Source of the DNA: Dehalococcoidia bacterium
Lineage (GTDB): Bacteria > Chloroflexota > Dehalococcoidia > Lucifugimonadales > UBA3495
Length of the DNA: 55,616 bases
Reading direction: 5' to 3'
Assembly: GCA_030740155.1 (NCBI GenBank)
Contig: JASLXV010000040.1
Coordinates: 1-55,616, forward strand
The position numbers were made by a program, and so were the translations under genes. The notes under the pieces are model-generated. The model worked only from the letters and a program-made list of their open reading frames with translations, ran no database searches and had not been told where the DNA came from. Numbering within the stretch: position 1 is the first letter of the stretch; the number at the start of each line of letters is the position of its first letter. Positions 38,010 through 48,300 of the stretch are shown in pieces.

Positions 38010-38038
38010 TTGACCCGCTCGTGTCACGAGCCTACAAT
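38010..38038 (+). promoter_or_regulatory. Promoter TTGACC-N17-TACAAT upstream of ffh
   Basis: Near-consensus elements with a 17-nt spacer. Confidence 0.65.
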
Positions 38039-38141
38039 CAAACCAGACTCGCGAGATAGACTGGCGAAATAGACTCGAATCGAGTGACAAGCAATCAGCG
38101 TCACGCCCGGCCCGCAATCATCCCCGTCTTCAGGGTGAATA

Positions 38142-39476
38142 ATGTTTGATAACTTGACCGATAAGCTCACCGGTATCCTCCAGAAGCTAACCAGCAAGGG
38201 CCGCTTGACCGAAAAGGACATCGACGAGGCCCTGAGCCTGGTCCGGCGTTCTCTTTTGGAGGCCGACGTCAACTTCCGGGTGGCCCGTGACTTTGTCGCC
38301 TCAGTCAAGGAGCGGACCATGGGGTCCGATGTGATGGAGAGCTTGACCCCCGGCCAGCAGGTGGTCAAGGTGGTCCACGAGGAGTTGACGTCTCTGCTCA
38401 GCGGCGGCGACCACCGGATGACCCCGGCCAGCCGGCCGCCATCGGTGGTGATGCTGGTGGGACTCCAGGGCTCCGGCAAGACCACCAGCGCCGCCAAGCT
38501 GGCCTTGAACATGCGCCGCCAGGGGCACCGGGCGCTGATGGTGGCCGCCGACCTCCGCCGTCCGGCGGCCATCCTGCAGTTGGAAACCCTGGGCAAGCAG
38601 CTAGACATCCCGGTCTATTCGGAAGACCCGGCGGACTCCTCGGCCGTTAAGGTCGCCCGCGCCGGGGTGAAGCGCGCGGAGCAGTTGGGCCTCACCTGGG
38701 CCATCGTCGACACCGGCGGCCGCCTGCACATCGACGACGAGCTGATGAAGGAGATAGAAGAGGTCAAGGCTGCGGTGTCGCCCCACGAGGTCCTGCTGGT
38801 GGTGGACGCCATGACCGGCCAGGACGCGGTGAACGCGGCCAAGGAGTTCCACGAGCGGGTTTCCCTGACCGGGCTGATCTTGACCAAGATGGACGGCGAC
38901 GCCAGGGGTGGCGCCGCCCTGTCGGTTACGCGGGTAACCGGTGTTCCGATCAAGTACGTGGGCGTCGGAGAACGCCCCGACGCTCTGGAGGCGTTCCACC
39001 CCGACCGGATGGCCTCGCGAATCCTGGCCATGGGCGACGTGCTGACCCTCATCGAGAAGGCCCAGGACGCGATGGACGAGAAGCAGGCCAAGGAGATGGA
39101 GCGCAAGTTTCGCCAGGCCACCTTCGACCTTGAAGACTTTCTGCAGCAGATTCAGAGCGTCAAGAAAATGGGCTCCTTGAGCCAGATCATGGAAATGATC
39201 CCCGGAATGGGCCAGTTGAGCAAGCGGCTCCCCGCCGGCGCATTGGATGAGGGGCAGATCAAACGGGTGGAGGCCATAATCCGCTCCATGACCTCGGCGG
39301 AACGGCACCGGCCGGAGATCCTCGACGGCAGCCGCAAGCGCCGCATCGCCAAGGGCAGCGGCACCACGCCCCAGGACATCAACCAGCTACTGAACCAGTT
39401 CCGCCAGGCCCAAAAGATGGTCCGCCAGCTGTCCCGGTCCCGGGACCCCCGCAACCTGCTGAAAATGTTTCAGTAG
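38142..39476 (+). CDS. ffh: Signal recognition particle protein
   Basis: GLQGSGKTT, DTGGR, TKMDGDARGG, and M domain SRKRRIAKGSG. Confidence 0.98.
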   Translation: MFDNLTDKLTGILQKLTSKGRLTEKDIDEALSLVRRSLLEADVNFRVARDFVASVKERTMGSDVMESLTPGQQVVKVVHEELTSLLSGGDHRMTPASRPPSVVMLVGLQGSGKTTSAAKLALNMRRQGHRALMVAADLRRPAAILQLETLGKQLDIPVYSEDPADSSAVKVARAGVKRAEQLGLTWAIVDTGGRLHIDDELMKEIEEVKAAVSPHEVLLVVDAMTGQDAVNAAKEFHERVSLTGLILTKMDGDARGGAALSVTRVTGVPIKYVGVGERPDALEAFHPDRMASRILAMGDVLTLIEKAQDAMDEKQAKEMERKFRQATFDLEDFLQQIQSVKKMGSLSQIMEMIPGMGQLSKRLPAGALDEGQIKRVEAIIRSMTSAERHRPEILDGSRKRRIAKGSGTTPQDINQLLNQFRQAQKMVRQLSRSRDPRNLLKMFQ

Positions 39477-39533
39477 GTGGAGAACCAAGGAGCAACAGGC
39501 ACAAATCATCGTAAGAATTTAGCCGCTGAATGA

Positions 39534-39788
39534 TCATCGGTAAACATCGCGCCTATGGCCAATGTGGAGCACGGTCACGTGTTCTTGGGTGTCGTCTATC
39601 TAGTAGATCACCCGGTAGACGCCCACTCGGATGCGCCACCCGTCTCGGCCTGTCAATCTAAGACAACTCGAGGGCCTGGGGTCTTGGCCAAGACCACCAA
39701 TCGCATCACGAACCCTCTCGTAGTCCGATCCTGGCAACCGGGCTAACTCCCGTTGTGCTCGTCGAAGAAGGGAAACCGCATAACTCAT
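39534..39788 (-). pseudogene. RelE/ParE family toxin interrupted by an in-frame TAG (39600-39602)
   Basis: MSYAV...WRIRVGVYRVIY*IDDTQEHVTVLHIGHRRDVYR*. The typical RelE C-terminus continues past the stop. Confidence 0.88.
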
Positions 39789-39988
39789 GAGCGCTTCTGA
39801 TCAATCTCCTTAACTGCCTCCTCGGATGGGATGGCCTCATCGCCAGAAGCTTTGGCATCGTCATATGCGCGAATGCAATCCAATTCCTCAAGAGCCTCAA
39901 GGAGCTTGTGGTAGTCCTCTATTTCTAGAAGCACCCCAACTCGCGCTCCCTGTTCATCCACGACATAGCGTTCTTTGAATGCGGGCAT
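39785..39988 (-). CDS. Type II antitoxin
   Basis: YVVDEQGARVGVLL..EDY..LLEALEELD; stop overlaps the relE start (ATGA). Confidence 0.85.
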   Translation of the reverse strand: MPAFKERYVVDEQGARVGVLLEIEDYHKLLEALEELDCIRAYDDAKASGDEAIPSEEAVKEIDQKRS

Positions 39989-40077
39989 AATAACTCCGTG
40001 TTCTAGGTGGACTCGCTTCAGAACATTGTAGCAAGATAGCCAAGGGCTACCAAGCCTGCCGCTCGGACTCGCCTGGC

Positions 40078-40998
40078 CTACCCCATCCCCTGCCTCATGG
40101 CGGTGAACAGGTAAACCGTGGCGTAGGTGCGCCAGGGGGACCACCGCGCGGCGAACTCCTCCACCTGCGCGTCGTTCTGGTCTGCTCCATCAAAAAACAC
40201 CTTGGAGACCACCCGCCGTAGCGCCAGGTCGCCAAGGGGCAGGGCGTCGGGACGCCCCAGCGCCCGGATCAGCACCCATTGGGCCGTCCAGCGCCCAACC
40301 CCGCGTATCGCCACAACGCTTTGGACCACCGCTTCATCGGACATCTGGTGGAGATACTCGAAGCCCCGAGGTGAGGAGTTCAGCGCCTCACGGGCGATGC
40401 CCTGGACGTACTCCGCCTTGTGCTGGCTCAGCTTCAAGGTGCGCAGTTCCTCCAATGGGGCGTCGCCCAGCGTCTCGGGGAGCGGGAAGGCGTAGTAGGT
40501 CTGGCCGTCGAAGGTCTGGCGCGGGCCGTAGGTCTCGATCAACAGAGTGCGGATGATCCGGGCCACGGTGGTGGCGATCTGCTGCCCGAGGATGGCCAGC
40601 ACCATAGCCTCGAACACCGAGGCAGTGTGGGGCAGGTGCAGACCGTAGAACCGGTCGACGATGCCCGACAGGGCCGGGTCTCCCTGGGCCAGGGCATAGA
40701 ATGGGGCCAGGTCCTGGCCGGTGCCCAGGAGCCATGCTACCTGTTTTCGCGCCAGCGCCACATCGGCAGCAGACAGGCCGTCGCCCTGGAGTTCCGCCGC
40801 CAGCTCCGGTTCCAGGACGCTGCCCTCCGACCGCACCGACGCCAGCACCAGTTTTCCGCCCAGGTCCAACAGCCTTCGGTACACTCCGCCGGTCAGGGAA
40901 TCGGTCCCATAGTGGCCCTGGAAGTAGGTGTGGTAGCCGGCGGTTAATTCGAAGTCGAAGGGCGCGGTAGGCTTGATTTTGATAGTTGTATTGTCCAT
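40078..40998 (-). CDS. alkA: DNA-3-methyladenine glycosylase (AlkA family)
   Basis: FEAMVLAILGQQI, HhH IRGVGRWTA, LPLGDL and WSPWRTYA. Confidence 0.9.
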   Translation of the reverse strand: MDNTTIKIKPTAPFDFELTAGYHTYFQGHYGTDSLTGGVYRRLLDLGGKLVLASVRSEGSVLEPELAAELQGDGLSAADVALARKQVAWLLGTGQDLAPFYALAQGDPALSGIVDRFYGLHLPHTASVFEAMVLAILGQQIATTVARIIRTLLIETYGPRQTFDGQTYYAFPLPETLGDAPLEELRTLKLSQHKAEYVQGIAREALNSSPRGFEYLHQMSDEAVVQSVVAIRGVGRWTAQWVLIRALGRPDALPLGDLALRRVVSKVFFDGADQNDAQVEEFAARWSPWRTYATVYLFTAMRQGMG

Positions 40999-41020
40999 CA
41001 CGTGCTCCGTGCACCTCCGA

Positions 41021-41632
41021 TTATTCGCCGGTCTTCCCGGCACTCCCCAACGGGACCGAGGCCAGCGCCGAGTACTTTGCCCCGCCCGGCGTCAGGATAC
41101 TGCGCATCAGGTGCACCGAGTCCACCAGCCAGGGTTCGGTGGGCTCTAGGGAGGTGGATGCTACGGCGGCGCTGATCCGCTGCACCAAGCCGCTGGAAAC
41201 CGGTTCCCGCACCCGGCCCAGCGTCAGGTGGGGGCTGAAGGGACGTTGCTCCCGAGGGAAGCCCAGCGGGGACACGGTCTCCTCGATTTGCTCCCGCAGC
41301 CGCTGGAGGGGGTGCAAACCGCCCTGCACCCCGGCCCAAAGGACCCTGGGCCTTCTTTCATTCGGGAACATTCCCAATCCGGACAGGTGAATGGAGAAGG
41401 GAGACGCCTCTGCCGCCGGCCGGGCCATCCCCTCGATAATGCCGTCCACCAAACCAGGCTCCACATTTCCCAAGAACTTCAGCGTAAGGTGCATGCCCGC
41501 CGGGTTCACCCACCGGACCCCGGCGGGTGCCTGAACGGCTAGGCGCTGTATGACATCGGCCAGCGCCGACTTCGCCGTGGCTGAGATGGCCAGGGCAATG
41601 AAGGCTCGTATGGGTTCTCCCGTTTTGGTCAA
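41021..41632 (-). CDS. thpR: RNA 2',3'-cyclic phosphodiesterase (2H family)
   Basis: RAFIA plus two HxT motifs (HLTLKFLG, PHLTLGR). Confidence 0.93.
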   Translation of the reverse strand: MTKTGEPIRAFIALAISATAKSALADVIQRLAVQAPAGVRWVNPAGMHLTLKFLGNVEPGLVDGIIEGMARPAAEASPFSIHLSGLGMFPNERRPRVLWAGVQGGLHPLQRLREQIEETVSPLGFPREQRPFSPHLTLGRVREPVSSGLVQRISAAVASTSLEPTEPWLVDSVHLMRSILTPGGAKYSALASVPLGSAGKTGE

Positions 41633-42225
41633 CGGTCCAGCCCCTCACGCAACTCCCGGAGCTTATCGAGCCACCCGGCAAGATCATCCAACGAGAAGCG
41701 GGCGTTGGCCGGACTGGGGTTAGGCACGACGAACACCCGGGTCTGTCCGATTTCGAGCTGTTGCAGACCCAGCTCCGGCTTGTCCTTGATCGCTTCGGCG
41801 TGCCTGAGGTACTCTGCATAGGCGGTCACCCCCTGGAAGCAGGCGATGCGCGGCTGGTATTTGAGCAGCTTCTCCCGGAGCACCGGCGCCCAGCGGCGAT
41901 AGTCGGCGGCCCGCAGCCCGGATGCCTGCCGGGTAGGCCTCTTCACAACGTCGGTGAAGCCGATGCCGTGCTGGAGCAGTTCCCCGTCCCGTTGGGGCGA
42001 CATCTCCCGGCCGGCCAACCCGGACCGGTTCAGGGCCGCCCAGAAGCGGTTGCGAGGGTTGGCGAAGTAGTGGCCCGCCTTGACCGAGGGCTCGGAGGGG
42101 TTCAACCCCACGAACACGATGTCCAGGCCCTCTTCCAGGTAGTCCGGCAGGGTATGAAGGCTTTCATCTTGGGGGAGGCCGCACGGCACGGCCCGGTCCT
42201 GCGCGTCGCCGCCGGAAGGAGACAA
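41629..42225 (-). CDS. mug: Mismatch-specific uracil/thymine DNA glycosylase
   Basis: VFVGLNPS, HYFANPRNRFW and VVPNPSPAN. Confidence 0.92.
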   Translation of the reverse strand: MSPSGGDAQDRAVPCGLPQDESLHTLPDYLEEGLDIVFVGLNPSEPSVKAGHYFANPRNRFWAALNRSGLAGREMSPQRDGELLQHGIGFTDVVKRPTRQASGLRAADYRRWAPVLREKLLKYQPRIACFQGVTAYAEYLRHAEAIKDKPELGLQQLEIGQTRVFVVPNPSPANARFSLDDLAGWLDKLRELREGLDR

Positions 42226-42228
42226 CTC

Positions 42229-43080
42229 CTACAACCCGAGGAGGCGGGCGGCGTTGCCCCAGAGGATGGCCTCCTGGGCCGCCGAATCCAGGCCCGACTC
42301 CTCCACCTGCCGCATCATCCGCCGGTGTTCAATAAGCGGATAGTCCGTGGCGAATAGGACCTTGTCCGCGCCGACCAGACCGGCCACGGTGGCGACAACC
42401 CGGGGCTGGTACAGGAAGGGCGACGCGGCCATGTCGAAGTAGACGTTCCGGATAACCTCCGGTACCTCCGGCATCATCGCGTAGAAGGGAAGTCCGCCTC
42501 CCCAATGGGCGCAGATGATCGGATTTTCCGGGAAGTTCTCGATGAAACGGTAGAGCTTGCCGGGCGTGGTCCGGCCCTTTCCGGGATACTGGTGGCCCGC
42601 CGGCTCCGAAGAGTGCACCAGGACGGGCAGGCCAAGCCTCCGGGCCGCATCCATAAGGGGAGCCAGGCCGGGCCTATCGGTGATGTCAAAGCCCTGGGTG
42701 TCCGGGTGCAGCTCGCCGACCCCCCGCAGTCCGGCCACGGCGCAACGCTCCAATTCAGCCGCGACCCCGTCTCCCCAAGCCGGGTTGACCGAGCAGAAGC
42801 CGCTCAGCCGGTCCGGGAACCGGGCCACCGATTCGGCGATGTAGTCGTTGACTTCCTCGGCCAGCGTCCGGTCGCACCAACCCATTCCCATGACCACGGC
42901 TCGGGAGACCCGGGCCCGGTCCATGGCGTCGATCAACGCTTCGGCGGTGGCCATGGTTGCGCCCGCTTCAGGGAAGAGGGTGGCAAAGGTTGCATCGCGC
43001 GCCAGCAGTTCGGCGCGCCGGTGCGCAAAGCCGGGCGGAAGAATGTGGCAATGGCTGTCGATTACCTTTTCGTTTATCAT
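42229..43080 (-). CDS. Amidohydrolase_2 family metal-dependent hydrolase
   Basis: DSHCH, GELHP, CAHWGGG and LFATDYP; ATG 43080 after GGGAG. Confidence 0.9.
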   Translation of the reverse strand: MINEKVIDSHCHILPPGFAHRRAELLARDATFATLFPEAGATMATAEALIDAMDRARVSRAVVMGMGWCDRTLAEEVNDYIAESVARFPDRLSGFCSVNPAWGDGVAAELERCAVAGLRGVGELHPDTQGFDITDRPGLAPLMDAARRLGLPVLVHSSEPAGHQYPGKGRTTPGKLYRFIENFPENPIICAHWGGGLPFYAMMPEVPEVIRNVYFDMAASPFLYQPRVVATVAGLVGADKVLFATDYPLIEHRRMMRQVEESGLDSAAQEAILWGNAARLLGL

Positions 43081-43366
43081 GGGATCTCCCACAAGATTAT
43101 AATAGATGTGTCGTTCGCCGTCCGCCAGTGGGTGTTCTTGACATCCGGCAAGAGCAGGCTGGAATTTGCCCGCCCTCGAATGAGTGGACCGGTGGACCTC
43201 TAGATTTCGAAAAGGGGTATTGGGTTTGGGAGCAACCACCATAGGCAGCAACAGGAGAGCGGGTCAGATAATCCCTCGTCCCACGAGGGCTCGGCGCGGC
43301 ATCCAGGGACCGGAGGCATTGGCACGGTTCCTGGGGCGCAACCGGGCCTAGCCCGGAATCCCTGGC

Positions 43367-43927
43367 GTGGTCAAGCAGCCTGCTGGCAAAGCCGGTCTCT
43401 TGCTGGGCGATGTCGCGCCCGATTTCACCTTGCCAACGGCCGACGGCCGGTTCCTGTCCCTTCAGGACTTTCGAGGCGGCAAGGTGCTCCTGGTGTTCCT
43501 TCGCCACTACGCTTGACTGCCTTGACGGGATCACCTGTCGCAGTTGCGGCGGCACCACCCTGAGATCGAAGCGCGCAATGGCGCCGTACTGGCGGTTTCA
43601 TTCGAGCCTCGGGACCGGCTCTTTCAGTTGTCCCGCCAGATGGGGTTGCCCTTCCCCGTGTTGTCCGATCCGGAGCGGGACGTATACCGGGCCTACCGGC
43701 TGGGAAGAAGGAGCCTGAGACAGGTGTTCGGCTTGGGGACCATCTGGACCTACATCAAGCTTGTGGGCCGGGGACGGCGGTATCGATTCCAGCGGAGCGA
43801 CCTGCGGCAAGGGGGCGGTGACTTTGTCGTCGATGAGCAGGGCGTCGTCCGGTTTGAGCACCGGGGCCCCGCACCCCACGACCGCCCGACGATGGAGAAG
43901 TTGCTGGAAATTCTGGATACGATCTGA
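43367..43927 (+). CDS. Peroxiredoxin-like (AhpC/TSA, SelL-type) selenoprotein with a UxxU motif
   Basis: Single frame GDVAPDFTLP...KVLLVFLRHYA-TGA-LP-TGA-RDHLSQL...LSDPERDVYRAY...QGGGDFVVD...DRP. TGAs at 43514 and 43523 occupy the CxxC positions. The GTG 43367 start is tentative. Confidence 0.85.
43535..43552 (+). promoter_or_regulatory. Putative bacterial SECIS hairpin
   Basis: Stem CUGUCGC/GCGGCGG with loop AGUU. The loop is 16 and 25 nt downstream of the two UGA codons. Confidence 0.6.
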
Positions 43928-44029
43928 GGCAGTATTTGCCCCTGTTCCGATTCCTCGGGCGCCGGCCGCCAGGTTCCGGCGATAGCGGCCGTGGCAAGAT
44001 TGCGCTAGACTGGGGCGGGGGTATCGGGT

Positions 44030-45304
44030 ATGGCACGCTTGAGATTCGTACACGCCGCCGATCTGCATCTGGACAGTCCCTTTACCGGCCTGCGAACGGT
44101 TGAACCCGCCATCGCCGGCGCCTTGCAAGAGGCGACGTTCGACGCCTTCAGCAACATCATCGAGTTGTGCGTCTCGGAGCGGGTCGACGCCCTACTAATA
44201 GCCGGCGACATTTTCGATGGGGCGGACCGGAGCCTCAGAGCCCAACTGAAATTCGTTGACGGATTGAACCGCCTTAGCAATGCCGGCATCAGATCGTTCG
44301 TCTGCCACGGCAATCACGACCCGCTCAACGGATGGGAGGCACGGCTTGCTTTCCCGGAGGGGTCCCACCGGTTCGCTGCCGAGGTGGAAGGGTTTCCCGT
44401 TTTCGCGGATGATCCGGGTCGATCTATGGTCTACGGAATCAGCTACCCACGGCGGGAGGTCCGGGAGAATCTGGTGCCGCGATTCGGCGGCGTGGAGCGC
44501 GGGCCGTTCAATATAGCCCTGCTCCACGCCAACGTGGACAGCGACCCGGCCCACGAGGCCTACGCCCCCTGTAGCCTGGGCGATCTGGAGCGGACGGCCG
44601 CTATAGACTACTGGGCACTGGGTCACGTACACACCCGCCGGGTCCTCCGCGAGACCGGCCCCTCGATCGTGTACCCCGGCAATCCCCAGGGCCGGCATCC
44701 CAACGAGCGCGGCCCCCGCGGCGTGTACCTCGTCGAGGTGAGCGATTCCGGGCAGGTGCATCTCGACTTTCGCCCCGTCGACGTGGTCCGCTGGGCGAGA
44801 CTGGAACTTGACATAAGTGGACTGGAAGCCGAGCAATCGCTCTTTGACCGGCTGGAGCAGGAGCTTGCCACCCGCCGGGACCAAGCCGATGGCCGGAGCA
44901 CGCTCTTCAGGCTGGTGTTGGGCGGCCGGGGCCCTCTTCATCATTCGCTGATCCGCCCAGGGTTTGTCGACGATCTGCTGGAGAGGATCAACGAAACCGG
45001 GTCTCAGGAGCGTCCCTTTTTCTGGTGCGAGCGAATACAGGTATCCACGGCCTCTCTCATCGATCGTGAACAAGAACGCCATCGAGGCGACTTCGTGGGA
45101 GATCTGGTCCGGCTTCGTGATGAGTGGCAGAAGACTCCGAATTGCCTCGGCGAAATCCGTGAAAACCTGCAGGAGCTATACGGAAGGGGCAACGCGGGCC
45201 GTTTCTTGCGGGAGCATTTGCCTACCGATGAGGAATTGCTGGAGTTGATGGCCGGCGCCGAGGCGGCTTGCCTCGCGGAGTTGTTGGAGGAGGACAACGC
45301 GTGA
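44030..45304 (+). CDS. Mre11/SbcD-like metallophosphoesterase (YhaO-like)
   Basis: ADLHLDSPF, AGDIFD, GNHD, DYWALGHVH and YPGNPQGR. Confidence 0.93.
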   Translation: MARLRFVHAADLHLDSPFTGLRTVEPAIAGALQEATFDAFSNIIELCVSERVDALLIAGDIFDGADRSLRAQLKFVDGLNRLSNAGIRSFVCHGNHDPLNGWEARLAFPEGSHRFAAEVEGFPVFADDPGRSMVYGISYPRREVRENLVPRFGGVERGPFNIALLHANVDSDPAHEAYAPCSLGDLERTAAIDYWALGHVHTRRVLRETGPSIVYPGNPQGRHPNERGPRGVYLVEVSDSGQVHLDFRPVDVVRWARLELDISGLEAEQSLFDRLEQELATRRDQADGRSTLFRLVLGGRGPLHHSLIRPGFVDDLLERINETGSQERPFFWCERIQVSTASLIDREQERHRGDFVGDLVRLRDEWQKTPNCLGEIRENLQELYGRGNAGRFLREHLPTDEELLELMAGAEAACLAELLEEDNA

Positions 45305-48300
45305 GGGTCGAAGATCTGCATATAGAGGGATTCGGTCCTTTCGCCGCCAAACAGGTCGGGCCCTTTACGGGGTCCATCGTCGTTATCCACGGAGTCAACG
45401 AGGCCGGAAAGAGCACCCTTCTCGCGTTCATTCGGATGGTCCTCTTTGGGTTCCCCCGATTACCGGATAGGCATTACCCTCCACTGGCCGGCGGTCAGCA
45501 TGGCGGCCGCTTGACGCTAGTGGATAGCAGCGGGCGCCGGTTCATCGTTGAAAGATTCCGTGGTACCCATGGCGGACCGGTCAGCATCAAGACCGGGGAT
45601 GGCGCCCCGGCTGACGAGGCGAACCTTCGCCGGCTTCTCAGCGATACCTCATCGGATGTCTTCAAGAATGTGTTCGCTTTTAGCCTCGACGAACTCCAGG
45701 AGGACAAATCACTACAGAATGCCGATGTAGATAACCAGATATACAGCGCCGGGATGGGAGCAGCCAGATTGCCGGGGGCGCTCAATGCAATCAGAAACAA
45801 GAAGAACGAAATCTTCCGCAGGCAAGGAAGGAGAAACGCCATAGCAGGGTTGATCGCAGAACTGGAAGTGGTCGGCAGCCGTCTGGATGAGGCGCAGGGG
45901 AACGCCGCCAAGTATGGCAGTCTCGTCGCCCGGCTGTCGGAGATCGGCCAGGAAATAGAGTCCGGGGGATCCGATCGCGCCAAGTTGCAGCAGCAATCCG
46001 GGGAAGTGGCCCGCTTGCAGGAGGGCTGGGACGACTGGGTTGCCCTCATTGAGGTTGACGATCAATTGAACGAGCTTCCCAGCTTCGACGGTTTCCCGGA
46101 AAATGCCGTCGGCCGGCTTGAAGCCGCCCAGGAGCGGGCGGGCAACGGGAAACGGGATTTGGAAGAGGACGCCGAAAAACTCAAACTGGCCGAGAAATCA
46201 GCCGAGGAATCGATCGCCGATGAAAGCCTGCTGGAGCATCGGGAAAACGTCGAGCGTATTCGCCGAGGGCGGGCCAGCTTCGACGCATCGGTGCGGGACC
46301 TGCCCGACCGCAAGGGAGAGCTACAAAGTTTGGAAGCCGCCCTCGGTGAACGGCTCCGGGACCTCGGCCCTGATTGGGTTGAGGAACGCCTCGATTCCTT
46401 TGATACGTCGATAGGCACCCGAGACCACATCGAGGTTTCGCGGCAGACGCTGGCCGGGAGTCATGCCGATCTGCGAGAACGCACCAGCCGTCTGGAACAG
46501 TTTCAGGGCCTCCTGAAGGAACACCGGGAAGTCGAGCTTCGAGCCCGAAACGCGGTCGAAGAGAAGGAAGGCCCGTCCCTCGATGCCGCGGCGGTTGAAC
46601 AAAAACGAACGGCATTGCGGGCCACCCGAACTCGACTGGATGAATACGCCAGGCAACGCCAGCGCCACACGGATTTCCGGGGTCAACTCGAATCCTCCGC
46701 GGGCCCGGCGGAAGTCGGGCGGCAGAGCAGCGGATTGCAAAGGATGGGCTTGCCGCTGCTGCTGGCTCTCGCGGCGGTCGTGCTGATGGCGGCCGGAGCG
46801 TTCCTGGGGCAGGAGGCGTTGATTATCAGCGGTTTCGCGGGCTTCGTGCTGCTCGGCGTAATTGGATACATCCTCATAAGAGGCGAGCGGACACCTTCGG
46901 GCGCTGGTGGCCCGGTCAATCAGGCATTGGCGGGCCTGGTTCGGGATGCCGAGATTGCTGAAACCAAGGCGGAGGCAGAGCTTCAAGAGGCCGCGGCGCC
47001 CCTTGGTCTCATTCTGCCTGACGCCGTTGCCCTGGATGTCGTTGAAGGGGAGTTGGACTCTGTCAGCGAGGCCCTTCGCGCCTGGGAGGCCCTGCGGCAG
47101 CGGCTCGCCGACGCCACCCAGGCGGTGCGGCAGCAACAAGGCCGCGCGGATGACGCGGCTCAAGCGCGGGAATCGGCGCGGGAAGCGCTGGAGGCGGTGC
47201 AGGGGGAATGGCGGACCTGGCTGGTGGACCGTGGCCTAGCCGAGACGCTTACCCCGGAGACGATGGTCGAATTCCGGGGCAGCGTGGAGACGGCGCGGTT
47301 CGCTCTGGGGGAAGTCCGGACCATGCGGAGCCGGATCAAGGCCATCGAAAAGGATATTGACGAGTACAAGGAGTTGATTGTTCCTCTCGCGGGCACCTTT
47401 GGCATACCGATTGGCGGCACACCGATTGAGACCGGGGTGTCCCGCGAGCTTGCCTCGGCGGCGGACGCTCTGATAGCGCGGTACGTTGCCGTGGGTGATT
47501 CAGTAAACCGGCGGGATGTCGCCCGAGAAGAGGCCGAGAATGTCGGTCAACGAGTCCGGCGGCTTGAGAAGCGGCTCGAAGAGTACCAGGAGGTTGTGGT
47601 GAAACTCCTCGGCGCCGGCGGCACCGATGACCCCGAGGAATTCCGGCGACGGGCCGCGCAGCACGACGAACGTCGCGACTTGGAGCGAAAGCGCGGTGGA
47701 TACCAGACAAACCTCCAACGATTGACCGGCCCCGGTGAGCAGTTCGAGCGGTTCAAGGAAGAACTGGCCCAGGCGAGCCCGCAGGCTCTGGAAGAAACCT
47801 CTCGCGAGCTTGCCGAGCAAATCGAAGCAAATGAGGAAATCGGAGACACCTTGTTGCGTGAGCAAGGAGAAAAGAGGACCCTCCTGGGCCAGCTAACCAG
47901 CGAAGCAGAGTCGTCGGCGCTGCGGGTGAAGAGGAACGCGCTCATGGAGGAGCTACGGGAGCAAGCACGGGAGTGGACGAAACTAACCATAGCTGAGGAT
48001 TTACTGCTGCGGACCCGCACGAAATTCGAGGAGGAACGCCAGCCGGGAGTGATTCTGCACGCTCAAAAGTTCTTCGGCGCCATCACCGGCCAGCGGTACC
48101 CCCGGCTTTACGCTCCAATTGGGGAGCAGACCGTTACGGTGATCGACGAGAACGGCGTCAGCAAACAACCTTCGGAACTCAGCCGCGGCACCAGAGAGCA
48201 GCTCTACCTGGCATTGCGCTTCGGCCTGATCCGAGAGTTTGGGGAGCGGAACGAGTGTCTGCCGGTGGTGGTGGACGAGGTGCTGGTGAACTTTGACCCA

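Noticed and set aside
37943..38141. SRP RNA (ffs) next to ffh
   Set aside because: No helix-8 motif (CAGG..GRAA..AGCA) found.
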